From Rhodosorus marinus CCMP1338 (taxonomy: Eukaryota; Plantae; Rhodophyta), in contig JAMWBK010000001.1 in the NCBI GenBank assembly GCA_029953675.1, forward strand, positions 248,001 through 312,000: a stretch of 64,000 nucleotides of DNA. The letters run 5' to 3'. Under the pieces are notes generated by a model that was given only the letters and a program-made list of their open reading frames with translations, was not told the DNA's origin and did not search any database. Below, piece by piece: positions 52,572-64,000 of this stretch (its first letter is position 1; every line of letters starts with the position of its first letter). Both the position numbers and the translations under genes were made by a program.

Positions 52572-52972
52572 GGTCGCTGATCTGTTGTAGCAAGACCAGT
52601 CAAAGTGGTCACTCAACACAAAGGTACGCAAAATATTACCGCTCCTCGAATGGCATGTTAATTGTCGTTTCAAACCTCCTTTACATGCCTTTACAAGCAA
52701 CTCTCAACCCCTCCTGTCCAGTGCCATCCTCGGGATTCCTCCTCAAGTACACTTATCAACCTAAATCCACACAACAGTATCAATACCGGCAATAACCCCA
52801 AAATCCCACTCGCCGATCGAATTTCCAATATTCAGCAGGATATTCATCGAGATTGATATTATCATCTAATTTATTATCAAAAAATAAGGTTGCTCGGAAA
52901 GCCATTTGGACGTATTGTTTTTGAAGGGTTTTCTCAGGTGGCACTTGAGCTGTGAGGTTTTGGGGTCCGGAG

Positions 52973-53605
52973 ATGGCTTTGGAGAGATGTTCGAAAGGTA
53001 ATCTGTGGGTGACTCAGGTAATCCAAATCACTTTTCATCCGTGGAAGTGATAGATAGTTTTAATCTTCCAGGATTTTCTGATCTTCTGTCGAAGCGGAAG
53101 CTCACGTGGGACTGGCTGGCCTCTTTCATCGTCTGGTAGCTGTGGGACGGCACCAAGCTTAGAGTCCGCTATTTCGAGACGGTTTGTATCGTTTCAGTTT
53201 GGAGATTTCTTAAGCATTTTTTTGTTTCAGCAGATTAAGTGGGCACAGGTACTGGCGCTCTTTCAAAACGCTTCAGTGCCTGTGGATGAGTCGGGCGCAA
53301 CCCTGCTCACCGGCAGAACGAGTCTGACAATCGAGTACAGAGCAGGAGATGCTGTTTTCGTGCTTCGGATATTCCCTGAGTGCCAAAGGCTCGCTCCGAT
53401 CTCTCCGGAAACCTCCGACACTGGGATGCTGCCCAGTGTGGGCTGTACGGAGAGGAAACTCAGGGGTCTGCCGGTGATAGAGGGAATTAGATCACTAGAT
53501 GGTCGAATAAAACCAAGACTATCGCTTCTAGATATAACCATGAAGTTGGTGAGCAATAAGACGGGACATGTGGACGCCATGCCGACAGAGACACACCTTG
53601 TTTGA
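52973..53605 (+). CDS. Possible multi-exon hypothetical protein divergent from GPDH
   Basis: MALERCSK G|FSDLLSKRKLTW... with a gtaatc donor, and a last exon QIKWAQVLALFQNA...HLV* after a ttttgtttcag acceptor. Family not recognised. Confidence 0.28.
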
Positions 53606-54326
53606 TCACGTAGACGCAGATCTCGCGGTTTCCAACAGTACCAGTGAAAACGGCTGAAGAACACCAGTCAGAACGCAGAACCAGCAAAGCCCCGCCCTAA
53701 TCGGATAAGGACTTCAAGATTTCCATGGGCACCAAACAGCTCGACGCCAATATGGCGTCCATAAAACTCCGCAGCCGTGCTGTTCCTAAACTGGTTCACA
53801 ACAGGTCCGTCCCAAAGTAAAAAGGAACTAAACAAATACCAAAAAATAAATTTACCCAAAAACGAAATACTTGCCAACAGAACCTCCCCATCATGAATGC
53901 TTAATTTCTACACTTCTTTATAATAGAGTTTCTTAAATTATGGAAATAATTTTAATGTGGGAAGTTCCCAAATCGAATCTCTTCGTGCGAATATTTAGGA
54001 CCAAAATTTAGGGACAAATCATTCCTGTCAAGAATTTCAAGAGGAAGGGGGTAGGCAGTGGGTTTCTAGACCTCTAGCACAAGAGTTGTGTCCTGAGCAG
54101 CTGACCAGGGAGGGTGGAGCAGATTAAGCATTTGGTATAGTTTGCCTGAGGTATGAATTGGGAGAGGGCTCTGATATCAATGCAGGGAGCATGTTAGTGA
54201 ACAAGAGCAGCAGAGCTTCATTCCAGTTATCGGAACGGACTGTTTCTGGTCGAGTCACGGCTTTTTGTTCGTCAGCAACAAGGAGGCTGGTTTGCCCCCT
54301 CGGCGGACGCTGAAGAGGAGCAAGTG

Positions 54327-55724
54327 ATGATAGGGGATGATTTTCGGGATATAGAAGCAGAATACATCAGACGGAGGGACGCGAGTGACGATGAGGGACA
54401 GGGCGATCTCATCCCGTCAGAGGTTGCTGAAACTCCCGGGATTGAGCATCCCATGAACACATTTCGTGGGAGAGAAGAAGTCATTAAGGTACTCAGGGAG
54501 TGCACTACCGAACAGTTGACTTACCTGAATACCTTGGTCATAGTTCTAGACTCGCGGCTGACGCTTGATCTGGCGTTCAAGACTCTTCTTGAAAACCGTG
54601 AGCCGTTGTCCAACCGAACTAGCCCGCAGAAAGGCGGTACATCGTTTAATCCTCCTTGCGCATTGACTATCTTTGAAGGTATTCGTTGTGCTCCAGTATT
54701 CGATTACAAATGTAGCAAGTATGTCGGGGTCCTGTCTATTTCAGACCTTGTTGACTCTCTCACCTACCTCCGCAACGCGTTGGCAGCTGGCTCAAACGTT
54801 AAGGGACTCCATTGTTTGACGATTATGTCGTGGAGAGGTAAGGAAAACTGCTCAAGCACTCCAGGGTTGAGGTCGATAGAGTCCTTCGCTGATACGATAA
54901 TATTTTCGCTGGGTATGCAGAATTCACGCAAAGAAACATAGAGGACTCATGGACAGCTTACATAAACGCGGATGCTAGCCTGCAAGAAACGTGCCATACT
55001 CTTCAGGATAAGAGGCTGCACATACTTCCAGTGCTGGACAGAAACAGCAACCAAGTGGTTGACATCTTAACGCACTCGAGAATCTTCCGTTTCGTCTACA
55101 CGAGACTGCAAGCTCTGCAGGGGCGACATCGCGAGTGGCTTGAGCAGCTACTTGATATGACCGCCTTCGAGCTCGGAATTGGTACATACTCGAATATTCT
55201 GACTTTTAACTACTCATCAAGCGTCGCTAGTGCTGTCAATGCCTTCTTTGAGAAGAAGATAAGCTACCTTCCGATCGTTGATGAAAACGGTAGGTGCTTG
55301 AAAAGAGACCTTCGAATGGGCAAGAGGCAATGTTCAAACGTGCGGAAATCCTTGAAAACGTAGGAGGACTTGTTGACCTGTACAATAGAAGCGAGATCTT
55401 GCAGTATTATTTCGAGAGCCTCGATCTCGCAATGAACATAACTGTCCACGATGCCATACATGCACATAGAAAGGTAACGTGCCAACATGCGGCATGTATG
55501 AGAGCGCAAAATTTTAATTTCATGCTAATGCTATTTTCCTTCGTGTCCATTTGGTCCCCTGAAAGACAAGACCACACCTTCCCGTCTGCAAAAAAACGTC
55601 CTCTCTGAAGGAAGTCTTTGATATTTTCAGGGAGACAAGACTTCATCGGGTGTTTTTCGTCGATGAAATGAAGCGTATTGTAGGCGTGATTTCGCTTCGG
55701 GATGTTTTTCATGCCTTTCTGTAA
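54327..55724 (+). CDS. SNF4: SNF4/AMPK gamma-like CBS-domain protein, multi-exon (start uncertain)
   Basis: Four CBS-like segments: VIVLDSRLTLDLAFKTLLEN|RIRCAPVFD..YVGVLSISD; LHILPVLD..VVDILTHSRI; KISYLPIVDENG..VDLYNRSE; RLHRVFFVDE..IVGVISLRDVF. Confidence 0.8.
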
Positions 55725-55989
55725 AATGATTTTACTCTATCAGCTCTGTCCGCCCCAATTTCGTCAGCCCTTTCCATCCTAGAGCTGATACATAGCTCAT
55801 CAACTACCGCATAGCTATACAATTCCGGGAAACTCTTAAGGCCCAACGAGCAAAGGAGCCTTGAGCAAAACAAAAGTTAGTGATGTACTGTAGTCCACCA
55901 GCGCTATTCGGCGCAAAAAATCCACATCCATTCATTTTGTTGCCTTTTTCTGTGCAAGGTTTCAGTCAACCAGTCCTCCTCGTGATGCT

Positions 55990-58281
55990 CTACATTCGCC
56001 CACTTTGCATGGTTTGCATGGTTTGAACGGCTTGCTGAGCGGCCTCGGGGTAGGGAGCGAGGATCAGCACCATCAGAACGAGTGCTGCCAAACCGATAGC
56101 ACTTCGTGTGTCGTCTGGCTCGGTCACCTCGTCCTGCGACGGTATGAGAGTCAGGCATTACGGATGACGAAAACGAAACTGGGGGAGCTAAATTACCTGG
56201 CTAGGAATGTCCGGTCGGCTCTGGAACAAAACAGCTATGAGACCCCAATACAGAAGCAGAGGCGAGTTGCCGAGAATTGCGCCCAGGACTTGCAAGAACA
56301 GAGTTATGCTAGAAATGCGCCCCGCCGCAATACGGCCATAGAGAGCCTGCACAACGCGTCCACCGTCCAGTCTAGAGACAAGGACCACCAAGAAGTCAAT
56401 TCTCACTCTGACATCAGAGAAGACAACTTTTTTTTTTCGCTAGAGAGGGTGTGTGAGATTTCCCATACCTGCCGACTGGGATCAAATTTATGGCATTGAT
56501 GAGAAGTCCGGAGCATCCGACAATGGTCAGAGGGTGCACAGCAAGAGTTGAACCCTTCAATACGCTCGCAGGCAGTACAAACTTCGACAGAGCGCCGATG
56601 AGCATTGAGGAGTTGAGCAGCGACGTGGGAATCTGTGGATACCACTCATTAATTTCACCGTATCCAGTCATCATCAAGCCTGCAATGAATGCTACCATTG
56701 CCATCGAAAGCCCTGAAAAACGTCATCCAAGGTTAAGAGCTTTAGTAGACGGTCCTCGCAATTGCCTCCAGACACGTAATGTTGGACCATGCCAGCGCAG
56801 AGGGAGCCAGTGAGTTGTAGAGGACCCTTACCAACTGCAGGTCCAGCAATAGCTACATCAAAGAAGTCAGACCTACTCTTCGGGAAGCTCTTAAGCGGTG
56901 TGATGCTACCGTAAGTGCCAGTTTGAAGACTTGGCATGAAGAAAGGTAGATCGAGCTTGATTCCACGGAGTGCGGCAACTGCCTGTCTCGATTTGAAGGC
57001 GATTGCAAAGAGGCTGTCAGTGAGCTGGGCGCATCTGATGCTTGCCGCCACCATGTGAATCATATAAATTGTCCAAACATACCCTATGCCCAATTTCGTG
57101 GCCGAACATGACCGCTAGGATCCCAAGTGATACAGGCAACGTATGGACAACCTGTTCCACCTTGCCGTCTGCCAAGTCCTTCAGGAATTGCGGTGTAAAG
57201 CCAAAACTACCAATGCCTGTGCATAAACGCGAGTGCTAGTATTCAGCAAACGAGGCTAGGAGCCATGTCATAGATCTAGGAGTGTCGCACCATAGCCGAG
57301 AGTCGTAAATGCAGAAACAAGCAGGAAAACGAAAGATGAAATCGATCCCCCAACACCGCTTTCTCTCGGCTCCGCTTCCTTGGGCAGTGCAACAAACACT
57401 GGCTTATTCTCCTCCGGCGCCGCTGGATCTTCCATCAGGAAGAGCCGAATGCGCTCGTTCAAGCCATACTTTTCCATAGTCTCTTCAAAAGACTGCAGCA
57501 GTCCCTTTGCAGCCCCGCGCATGTTACCCCGGAAAACAACTCGATCTCCGAAAGTTGAGACTTCCACCTGCGTTACGTAGAACTGCTCCATGGTGAAGAC
57601 ATGATCACGGAGCGTCTGGATATCTTCCCTACTTATTCTCTTCACTTTCATGTCACTTAGAGGGCCCATAGCACTCATAAAATCATCAGATAAATCCTCC
57701 TTTTCGTCCGATAGGGGGAGCTTGGGCTCCTCGGAATTAGCAGACTGTTCTGGTTTCTCCGCCTTTTCTTCGGGCTTCGCAACTTGAGCTGCAACTGGAT
57801 CCTCCTTCTTTTCAGGCGTATGCACGGGCTTTTCGTCTTTTGGAGGCTTGAATTCCAGAGGGCTACTGTCCTCGCCCTTGTTCTTAAGCTTGAGCAATCT
57901 CGTCTTTTCCAGCTCCAATCTCCTCTTCTCAGCTTCCAACTGCGCCCTGTCGGCTTCGATTCTAGCCCGTTCAGCCTCCATGTGCAGTCGTTCAGCAGAT
58001 TCGATCGCTCTTCTGGCTTTGCTCTGTTTCTCTTCTTCACTCAACTTGGGCACGTCTGATTTCATACTGTCCTCCCCAGATCCCACCATATCCCCAGTTG
58101 CAGCCTCACCATTCTCACCTAGAGTCATATACAGCCTTCCCAGGCCGCGCTTTCTCAATCTGTCCCCATGCACAAGAGCCACCGGGTGGAACCTCGGTGT
58201 AGTCCTCCTTTGAGATCCACTCGCCGTCCGTCGGCTACTTACCAAGTCCATTCCTCCCAAAACAAACCCGATCCCCGCCAT
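55990..58281 (-). CDS. EGY: Plastid site-2-protease (peptidase M50), EGY-like, multi-exon
   Basis: Transit peptide, VFRGNMRG, zinc motif GHEIGHR, LPFFMPSLQTGTYGSIT, DVAIAGP and NLIPVGR|LDGGRV. Confidence 0.9.
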
Positions 58282-59367
58282 CTCACCCAGAACCTAAAAA
58301 TCCCGCCGACGCAAAATCCTCTAAAACGAAATCTTCACCAACAAACACCCCTCATGAATTCCACAAACGAAAAAAAACGAAAACTGTTGCCCTGAAATCT
58401 GTTCGTACACATCCCTCTCGAATACCAAACCCCCCCCCCCCAAACCAATTCACATACCACTCCCTCTTCCCCCCCCCAACCCCGCGAAAGCTCCTCCACA
58501 AAAACACTTATAAACAAACAAAGCCCGAAGAGTGAACAACAATTCAACAAGCAGAGCCTTTCCACTGTTTGTACCTGAAAGCCATCTTTTCCCTTTTTTC
58601 CCATTTTTCCCTGACCATAAAACATAATCAACAAAACAAAAAATCACGTCAAGAGCTCGACGGAACCCAAACTGCTACCATTACTCAAAACCTTCCATCT
58701 CCTTTACCAAAAAAAACTCCCACACCTTCACCGCCTTGCACAATTTTTTGGGTTACACCATTCCCAAAAAAGGTTTGCCAGATGCACCAAAAAAGGAAAA
58801 TTGTATTCTGAAAGCTACCCCTTCTATCATATGAGCATCCATAGTAATAGTAATTAAAATTTTCTTGTGGAAACTTTTTTACCCCTTGATAGTATTTTCA
58901 TGAGTTGCACTTTAGGGGAATAAAATGGTTCTTCATCCTAGAATATGATCTTGTGTATAATTTAGAAGAAGGGATGGAGAATCCGGGAAAACGAATGACA
59001 ATTGCAATGGTGAATTGTTTTTTATTTCTTTCTGCAATGAGGATCACAACGAGCAAATCGGCCGGTAGCCGTGAGGTCTGAACACATAATTTTAATTATG
59101 TTCAATATATTTGTTGGTTAATTATTGGTATGTGAAAACAGTTACAGCCAATGAAAGTTTTGGAGTATCAATTGTGTAGGTGTAAGTTAACTACTGACTA
59201 ATTAATAGGTTACGCGTGTTGTTAGGTTTTTGCAATGAGCATGAGGTGAAATCAAGGTTGCGTTCGATGCAACGCCGACTCTCTAAGCAGGTTGCAGTGC
59301 TTGCAGATCACTGTCCTGTAGCATGCTTGCTGGCAAACAGCAAGTAGGGGCAAGGTCCAGCACGGTT

Positions 59368-59493
59368 AAAAACCCGTGACTGTCTTACACTAATGTCAAG
59401 TATATTGATATCCCCTGCTAATGTGCGACGGCCAACGGACGGCTTCGGTATGTCCCGTCGACTGAGAAGTTGGTTGATATCTTCACCAAGCCA
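59368..59493 (+). mobile_element. Relic of a Ty1/copia RNase H C-terminus
   Basis: One frame reads KNP*LSYTNVKYIDIPC*CATANGRLRYVPSTEKLVDIFTKP, against the copia consensus KNP..H.RTKHIDI......YVPT..Q.ADIFTKPL. Two in-frame stops. Confidence 0.65.
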
Positions 59494-60082
59494 ACGACAA
59501 AAGATGGCCCAGCGTCTGAACCGTATGAGGATGGAAGCACCTACCAGGCGTACGGATTGTTGCCATCTGTGACGAAGACACCGTCTAGACCCACGCAAAA
59601 GAAAGCTCTGTCCAGTTTTAGTTTTGCTTTGGTTCCCGGGGCTGGTATCTGCTTCTCCTTCGACCAGGAAATTTACTTCTTTTCTCCGAAGGACGCTCTA
59701 TACTTGCCCTCGTCCATACCCATCAAGAAACTGCGTCCAATGTGGGGGGTTTTGGATTCATATCGTGCTACGGGCACCTGCGGAACTGCCAGGAATCGGC
59801 TCGGCGTTGTGTAAGGACCGAGCCACTGGGTTTGAAGCAGACGGAGCTCATGGAGCAATGGTAGTGTGATGAAACCCAGACTCATTGTCGCAAAGCGCAA
59901 TGAAAACTAGTCCTGACAGATGTGGAACCGGCTTCTCTCCAGGGAAGCGGGCAAGGGGGCAATCGCGCGTATCTAGTGTCCATATCTTGAGGTGGACCCG
60001 ACCGGTCGGTTAGAAGGTAACTTTTTCGCTCAAAACCGTCACGCTTCACTTCGTATTTGTACTAGTGCGTTTTGAACATCCT

Positions 60083-62064
60083 CTAGTTCATCTTATTCAT
60101 CATATTCTGCTTGTGTACAAGATGGCAAGTTCGCTCGACAATTTCCAAAAGCTTAGGGACATTCGCAGCCCAGTCATTGAGAACTGTATCTACAGAATCG
60201 GGCTTGGAGAAAACAACGATTCCTGCCGGTCTGTGAGCGTTGCAGAGCCATAGAAGAAGAGAGTTATCAGTAATCGCGCAGAAACAATTGTACAAACCTG
60301 GTGTAAAAATCATACCTATCAATCTTCGCCCAAAGAGCCTTCTCGTCTGACACCATCCGTGTGACGCGCTCCTCTGTATCCCCTACCGAAAGGTTCAGCA
60401 ACTCTGCAAGACGCTGCAGTTCTAGTCTAGAATAATACGAGCTCACCACGCGAAGATTGTGCTCAATCGTTCTATCCTGAAGCGGCGTCTCCCACGCGGG
60501 GTCCTATGCACATGACGGTTGTTAGCACCACGTTCTCCCCAGACTCTTTATTCGGTGCAAGCGACATGCACCTACAGTTTCAAAATTGGCTGAAGTGACA
60601 AGAGAGGTGAGCTCTGCACTGTATCCTTCTCGGAGATGATCCCAACGAATCAGCTCCTCCGTCGTAAACAATTTCAGGATCTCCCCGTAAGCTGGAAGCT
60701 TTTCCAATGTCTTGTAAGCCTTTATCCGATGTAGAAGATCCGACTGCATTGGGTCCCGCTTAGAGAGTACCAAGAAAAAGATAGCCAGTCTAAGCTCTTG
60801 GAGGTAGAGCTTCTCATCAGCCTGCTCGCGCGTACCAAACCACCACCATCGCCCCGCGAGCAAAAAACGAAATGCGGAAACTGCATATTTAGAAGCTGAA
60901 CCCCCTACAATGATTCATGATCTTACTTTTCAACCCACCTGAACGGATGTTGCTTCGTATCGTGACAAGTAACAGCGACAGACTTCCAGGTAGTCCTCAC
61001 TTTGGAGCTTGATTTCAACAAGGTGCAAGTAATACCTCAGTATCAAGTCCTCTATATCCTTAGCGGCGAGCGTCTTCGCGGTAACCTTTTTGGCCATGAT
61101 TCCAGCCCGGATATAGTCTTTCTTCAACAGACAGAGCCGGACCTGAGGAACAACAAGACAGGTGAACTGGAGTCTAAGCATGCGCTACTTCGTTCATGGA
61201 TGTCTCTTACCACTCAATGGGAGCCCAATTTTTTACCTGTTCGAGAATAAATTCCGTCTTCTCCCGACGATCCATTGTCCCATAGGTCTCTACTTGCATA
61301 TCTTGCATGATATCGCATGCACCTATTCCACCAAGACATTTAGGTCAGTTCGAGATCCAGATTGGTTACTTGGTCCTCCTCGAGAGTTCAACTCATAGCC
61401 TTTTCAAGCACTAAAACACACCTTCAACATCCCCCTTCGATTCTTTTATCTCCGCAATAATTCGTGTGATTCGGGCTCTCTCAAGTTCAACGTAGAGCTT
61501 GCCCTCCGATACCGTTCTCAACTTGTTCAAGAGCTCCAGTTTGATTTCTTCGCTTGGAGTGCTCTCGACGTACTCTACCCCTGCTTGAACGACTTTTGTG
61601 ACTGCCTGCTTGAGCTGGGCACGCCGTTTTGACAGAAGGACAATGTTAGTGTTCAACGCCTCCCAGTCTCCTTGTTCAAAGCAGAGCTGAACAATAGCCA
61701 CACACAGCGCTGACGTCTCCAGCGTATCATTCGACAAGCGATGAATTCTAAAAAATAATGGTCAGGGCAAGAACAAGTCAGATGTTCGGTTCCTTGTTCA
61801 ACAAGATGACCAACGATCAACCCAAGGCGGAAGCAAAAGAGCATGTGAATCCTTTCATCTAGAAACTGCGACCTTCGCTCACCTCTCAGATTCCAGCAAC
61901 AGCGCAATCGCGTCATTTAATTTACTGCTATCCTTCGAGACCATCTCCCTAGCTTTTTCAATCGCCTCCTGTGCCTTCTCATCAATCTTTTGCGGTGGCT
62001 TCTCGTCAATCTTTGTATTGGGCTTCTCAACCTCCATGTTTACATCCTCATTCTCGGCACCCAT
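60083..62064 (-). CDS. RPN5: 26S proteasome lid subunit RPN5 (PSMD12), multi-exon
   Basis: [90 protein letters not shown]. Confidence 0.95.
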
Positions 62065-64000
62065 GCTTCCTTACCCAAACGCAAATCGCCTCCTTACAAT
62101 CCACCCACCCCCGCCCACCCGCAAAAACGAATCTGCCAAAACGCGGTGATCTTGCTGCCCAAAACCCACCTCCTCAAAAGCCAAACCCCAAATCCTCAAT
62201 CAACAAACAAACAAACAAAAAAAAAAACACAAGATGTGTCAATCCGGATTCTCCCTCTTCCGAAGCATATTATCCCTCCTGCTCTTCTCCTGATCAAATT
62301 TGCTTCTTATCCGCTCCGCTAAACAAACAAATTCATCGTCAGCAGGATGCCAAAAGAAAATCTATTGGTACCTGCCCAAAACTGCTTCCCACAAAAAAGC
62401 CGATTCCTACCCCCATTCAGGCACTGTCCTCGTTTTTCTTCCATCGCAGAGCAACGCCTCAGGAACCGACCGAAAAAACCTGAACTAGTCAAAAACAGGA
62501 TTAATTAGATTGAATATAGTCATTTTTGTTTTTAATTGATTTATGCTGATTTGCTGTTTGCTGAACCTCCTGGGGTAGCTGTGACTGTTTCGCACTGGGA
62601 CTCGACCTCGAGGGACGCCATGATTCACTGCGTGAGTCGCTTTCAATGTATCAGAGCCGCACAAGAGGTATCTGATGAGATGCTCTTCGTCCTGAGAGTT
62701 CATTGCTAATTGCGTAAGGAGCGCTCTCGATCACTCAATCTCCAAAACAAAGCGTATCGAGCCCTTCGTCCGGTTTGACAGGATGAGCCCTCTAGAAACT
62801 CTCCACAGTGAGGTGAGTAGACTCACCGTACCCCAGGTTGACCGGTATACCGGTCTTAAAGTGCCCTTTGATGTCCGCGACGCCTTCCTCGTACGGTGAT
62901 GGTGCCAGATATCACGTATTTGTTTAACTCCATGACGGTATGGTAAGAATACTCAATGCCATCCTTTCCAATCGGACCAGTCCCTGAGTTTAAAAGCTCA
63001 TTTGAGCACTTAACGCGGAGCTCGTAGCTTCCTATGTTTTGCTTCAGCTCGCTTGGAGATAAATAAAAATACGAACACGCGTTCCGAACGACACGAATTT
63101 TTTTTGTAGTTTACAAATATTAGATAGACTTCTCAACATGCACTTGGAAGCCTAAAATTGAGGGGTTCGACTACTCAAAACGTAATATAAGTTGCTACTA
63201 TCTGTGATTGGTTGTATTTCTACCAATAAACAGATGACATGCGATAAAACTCATATTTATTTGTTCTATTCACAAAATAAACCAGTCAAAATCTTGAGCG
63301 GGTCTGGCGCGATTTGTTTTGGATCAATCCCGTGCCTTCCCAGATATTGAACAAATATAAATAATTCTGAGGCATGAAAAGGCTTCGATCGCGGGACGTT
63401 GTGGTGAATTTCTTGTAGTACATGAGACTATCGCATAGTACGTTGTTCTCGTCTTTTGTTGATCAAAACGGAGCAGCTCGTTCCCAAAGGGTCGAAAGTG
63501 TCAAACGATGTCTAGTTGAAAGTCAGCTCTTGGGAGCCGCGATGCTCCCGCCTCTGCAAGGCGCTGTGATTTGCATACAGAAGAGGAATTTGCAGCCGAC
63601 ACTCGAAGTCTGCACTGAGCGAAATCGCGTGGGCGCAGTACACGTCTAATAGCGTCACAGCTCGACTACGGTTTCAGGTCCAAGCTCCTTGAGCTATCGC
63701 ACAGCGATCCTTGGCACCAGGTCTAACGTGTCTTCTCCGGTGAATTATATCAACGTGCGAGAGAGTTTGAACTGAAGGGACGTTTCTCTGAAACACGAAG
63801 CAAGTCAAACAAGCCCGCCCCCCTTAGTCGAGGTGAGGGTGGAGATATCACGCAATAGGGAAACAGATGAACGAAAGATTTACAAAACGCAGCCTTTTCT
63901 TGCCTTAGGAGACATTCCCTAGATTTATTCATAGTATCTTCATTGTCCTCGCTGGTCTGAACTAACCACGAGCGTATTCATCCATGATAAAGGTGTCTAA

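Noticed and set aside
62690-64000. Minus-strand exon-like fragments (…IKGHFKTGIPVNLGY|; MNKSRECLLRQEK…)
   Set aside because: They may belong to genes extending beyond the window, but the intervening frames carry stops and no family is recognisable.

Overview
Gene-dense eukaryotic nuclear DNA with short GT-AG introns. The 18S sequence, the 'MAFV' plastid transit-peptide start and the compact layout point to a unicellular red alga (Rhodosorus/Stylonematophyceae-like; inference, no search run). Recognisable protein genes: CCT7 3' end, ARM-repeat protein, metallophosphoesterase, plastid RibB(X), EMC10, LYRM5/ETFRF1-like, OPA3-like, SF3A3, COX11, URB1/NPA1, LDAH-like hydrolase, DHHC-family acyltransferase, a large TPR/Zn-finger/RING E3-like gene, cytosolic GPDH, SNF4/AMPK-gamma, EGY-type M50 protease and RPN5. 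One complete 18S-5.8S-28S unit (about 30.6-36.3 kb) sits among single-copy genes with no tandem partner in the window. It is followed by a roughly 5.2 kb decayed element bounded by 0.7-0.8 kb inverted repeats. Best leads: (1) the 10-mer GCTTCAGGGT brackets the rRNA unit on both sides and is clustered upstream of the ribosome-biogenesis gene URB1, a candidate Reb1/TTF-I/telobox-like element; (2) the foldback-like element with an interrupted arm; (3) a TTC3/DZIP3-like E3 architecture in an alga; (4) an EHHC variant of the DHHC motif; (5) a RibB fused to a degenerate GTP cyclohydrolase II domain. Exon boundaries were read by eye and are approximate unless stated.
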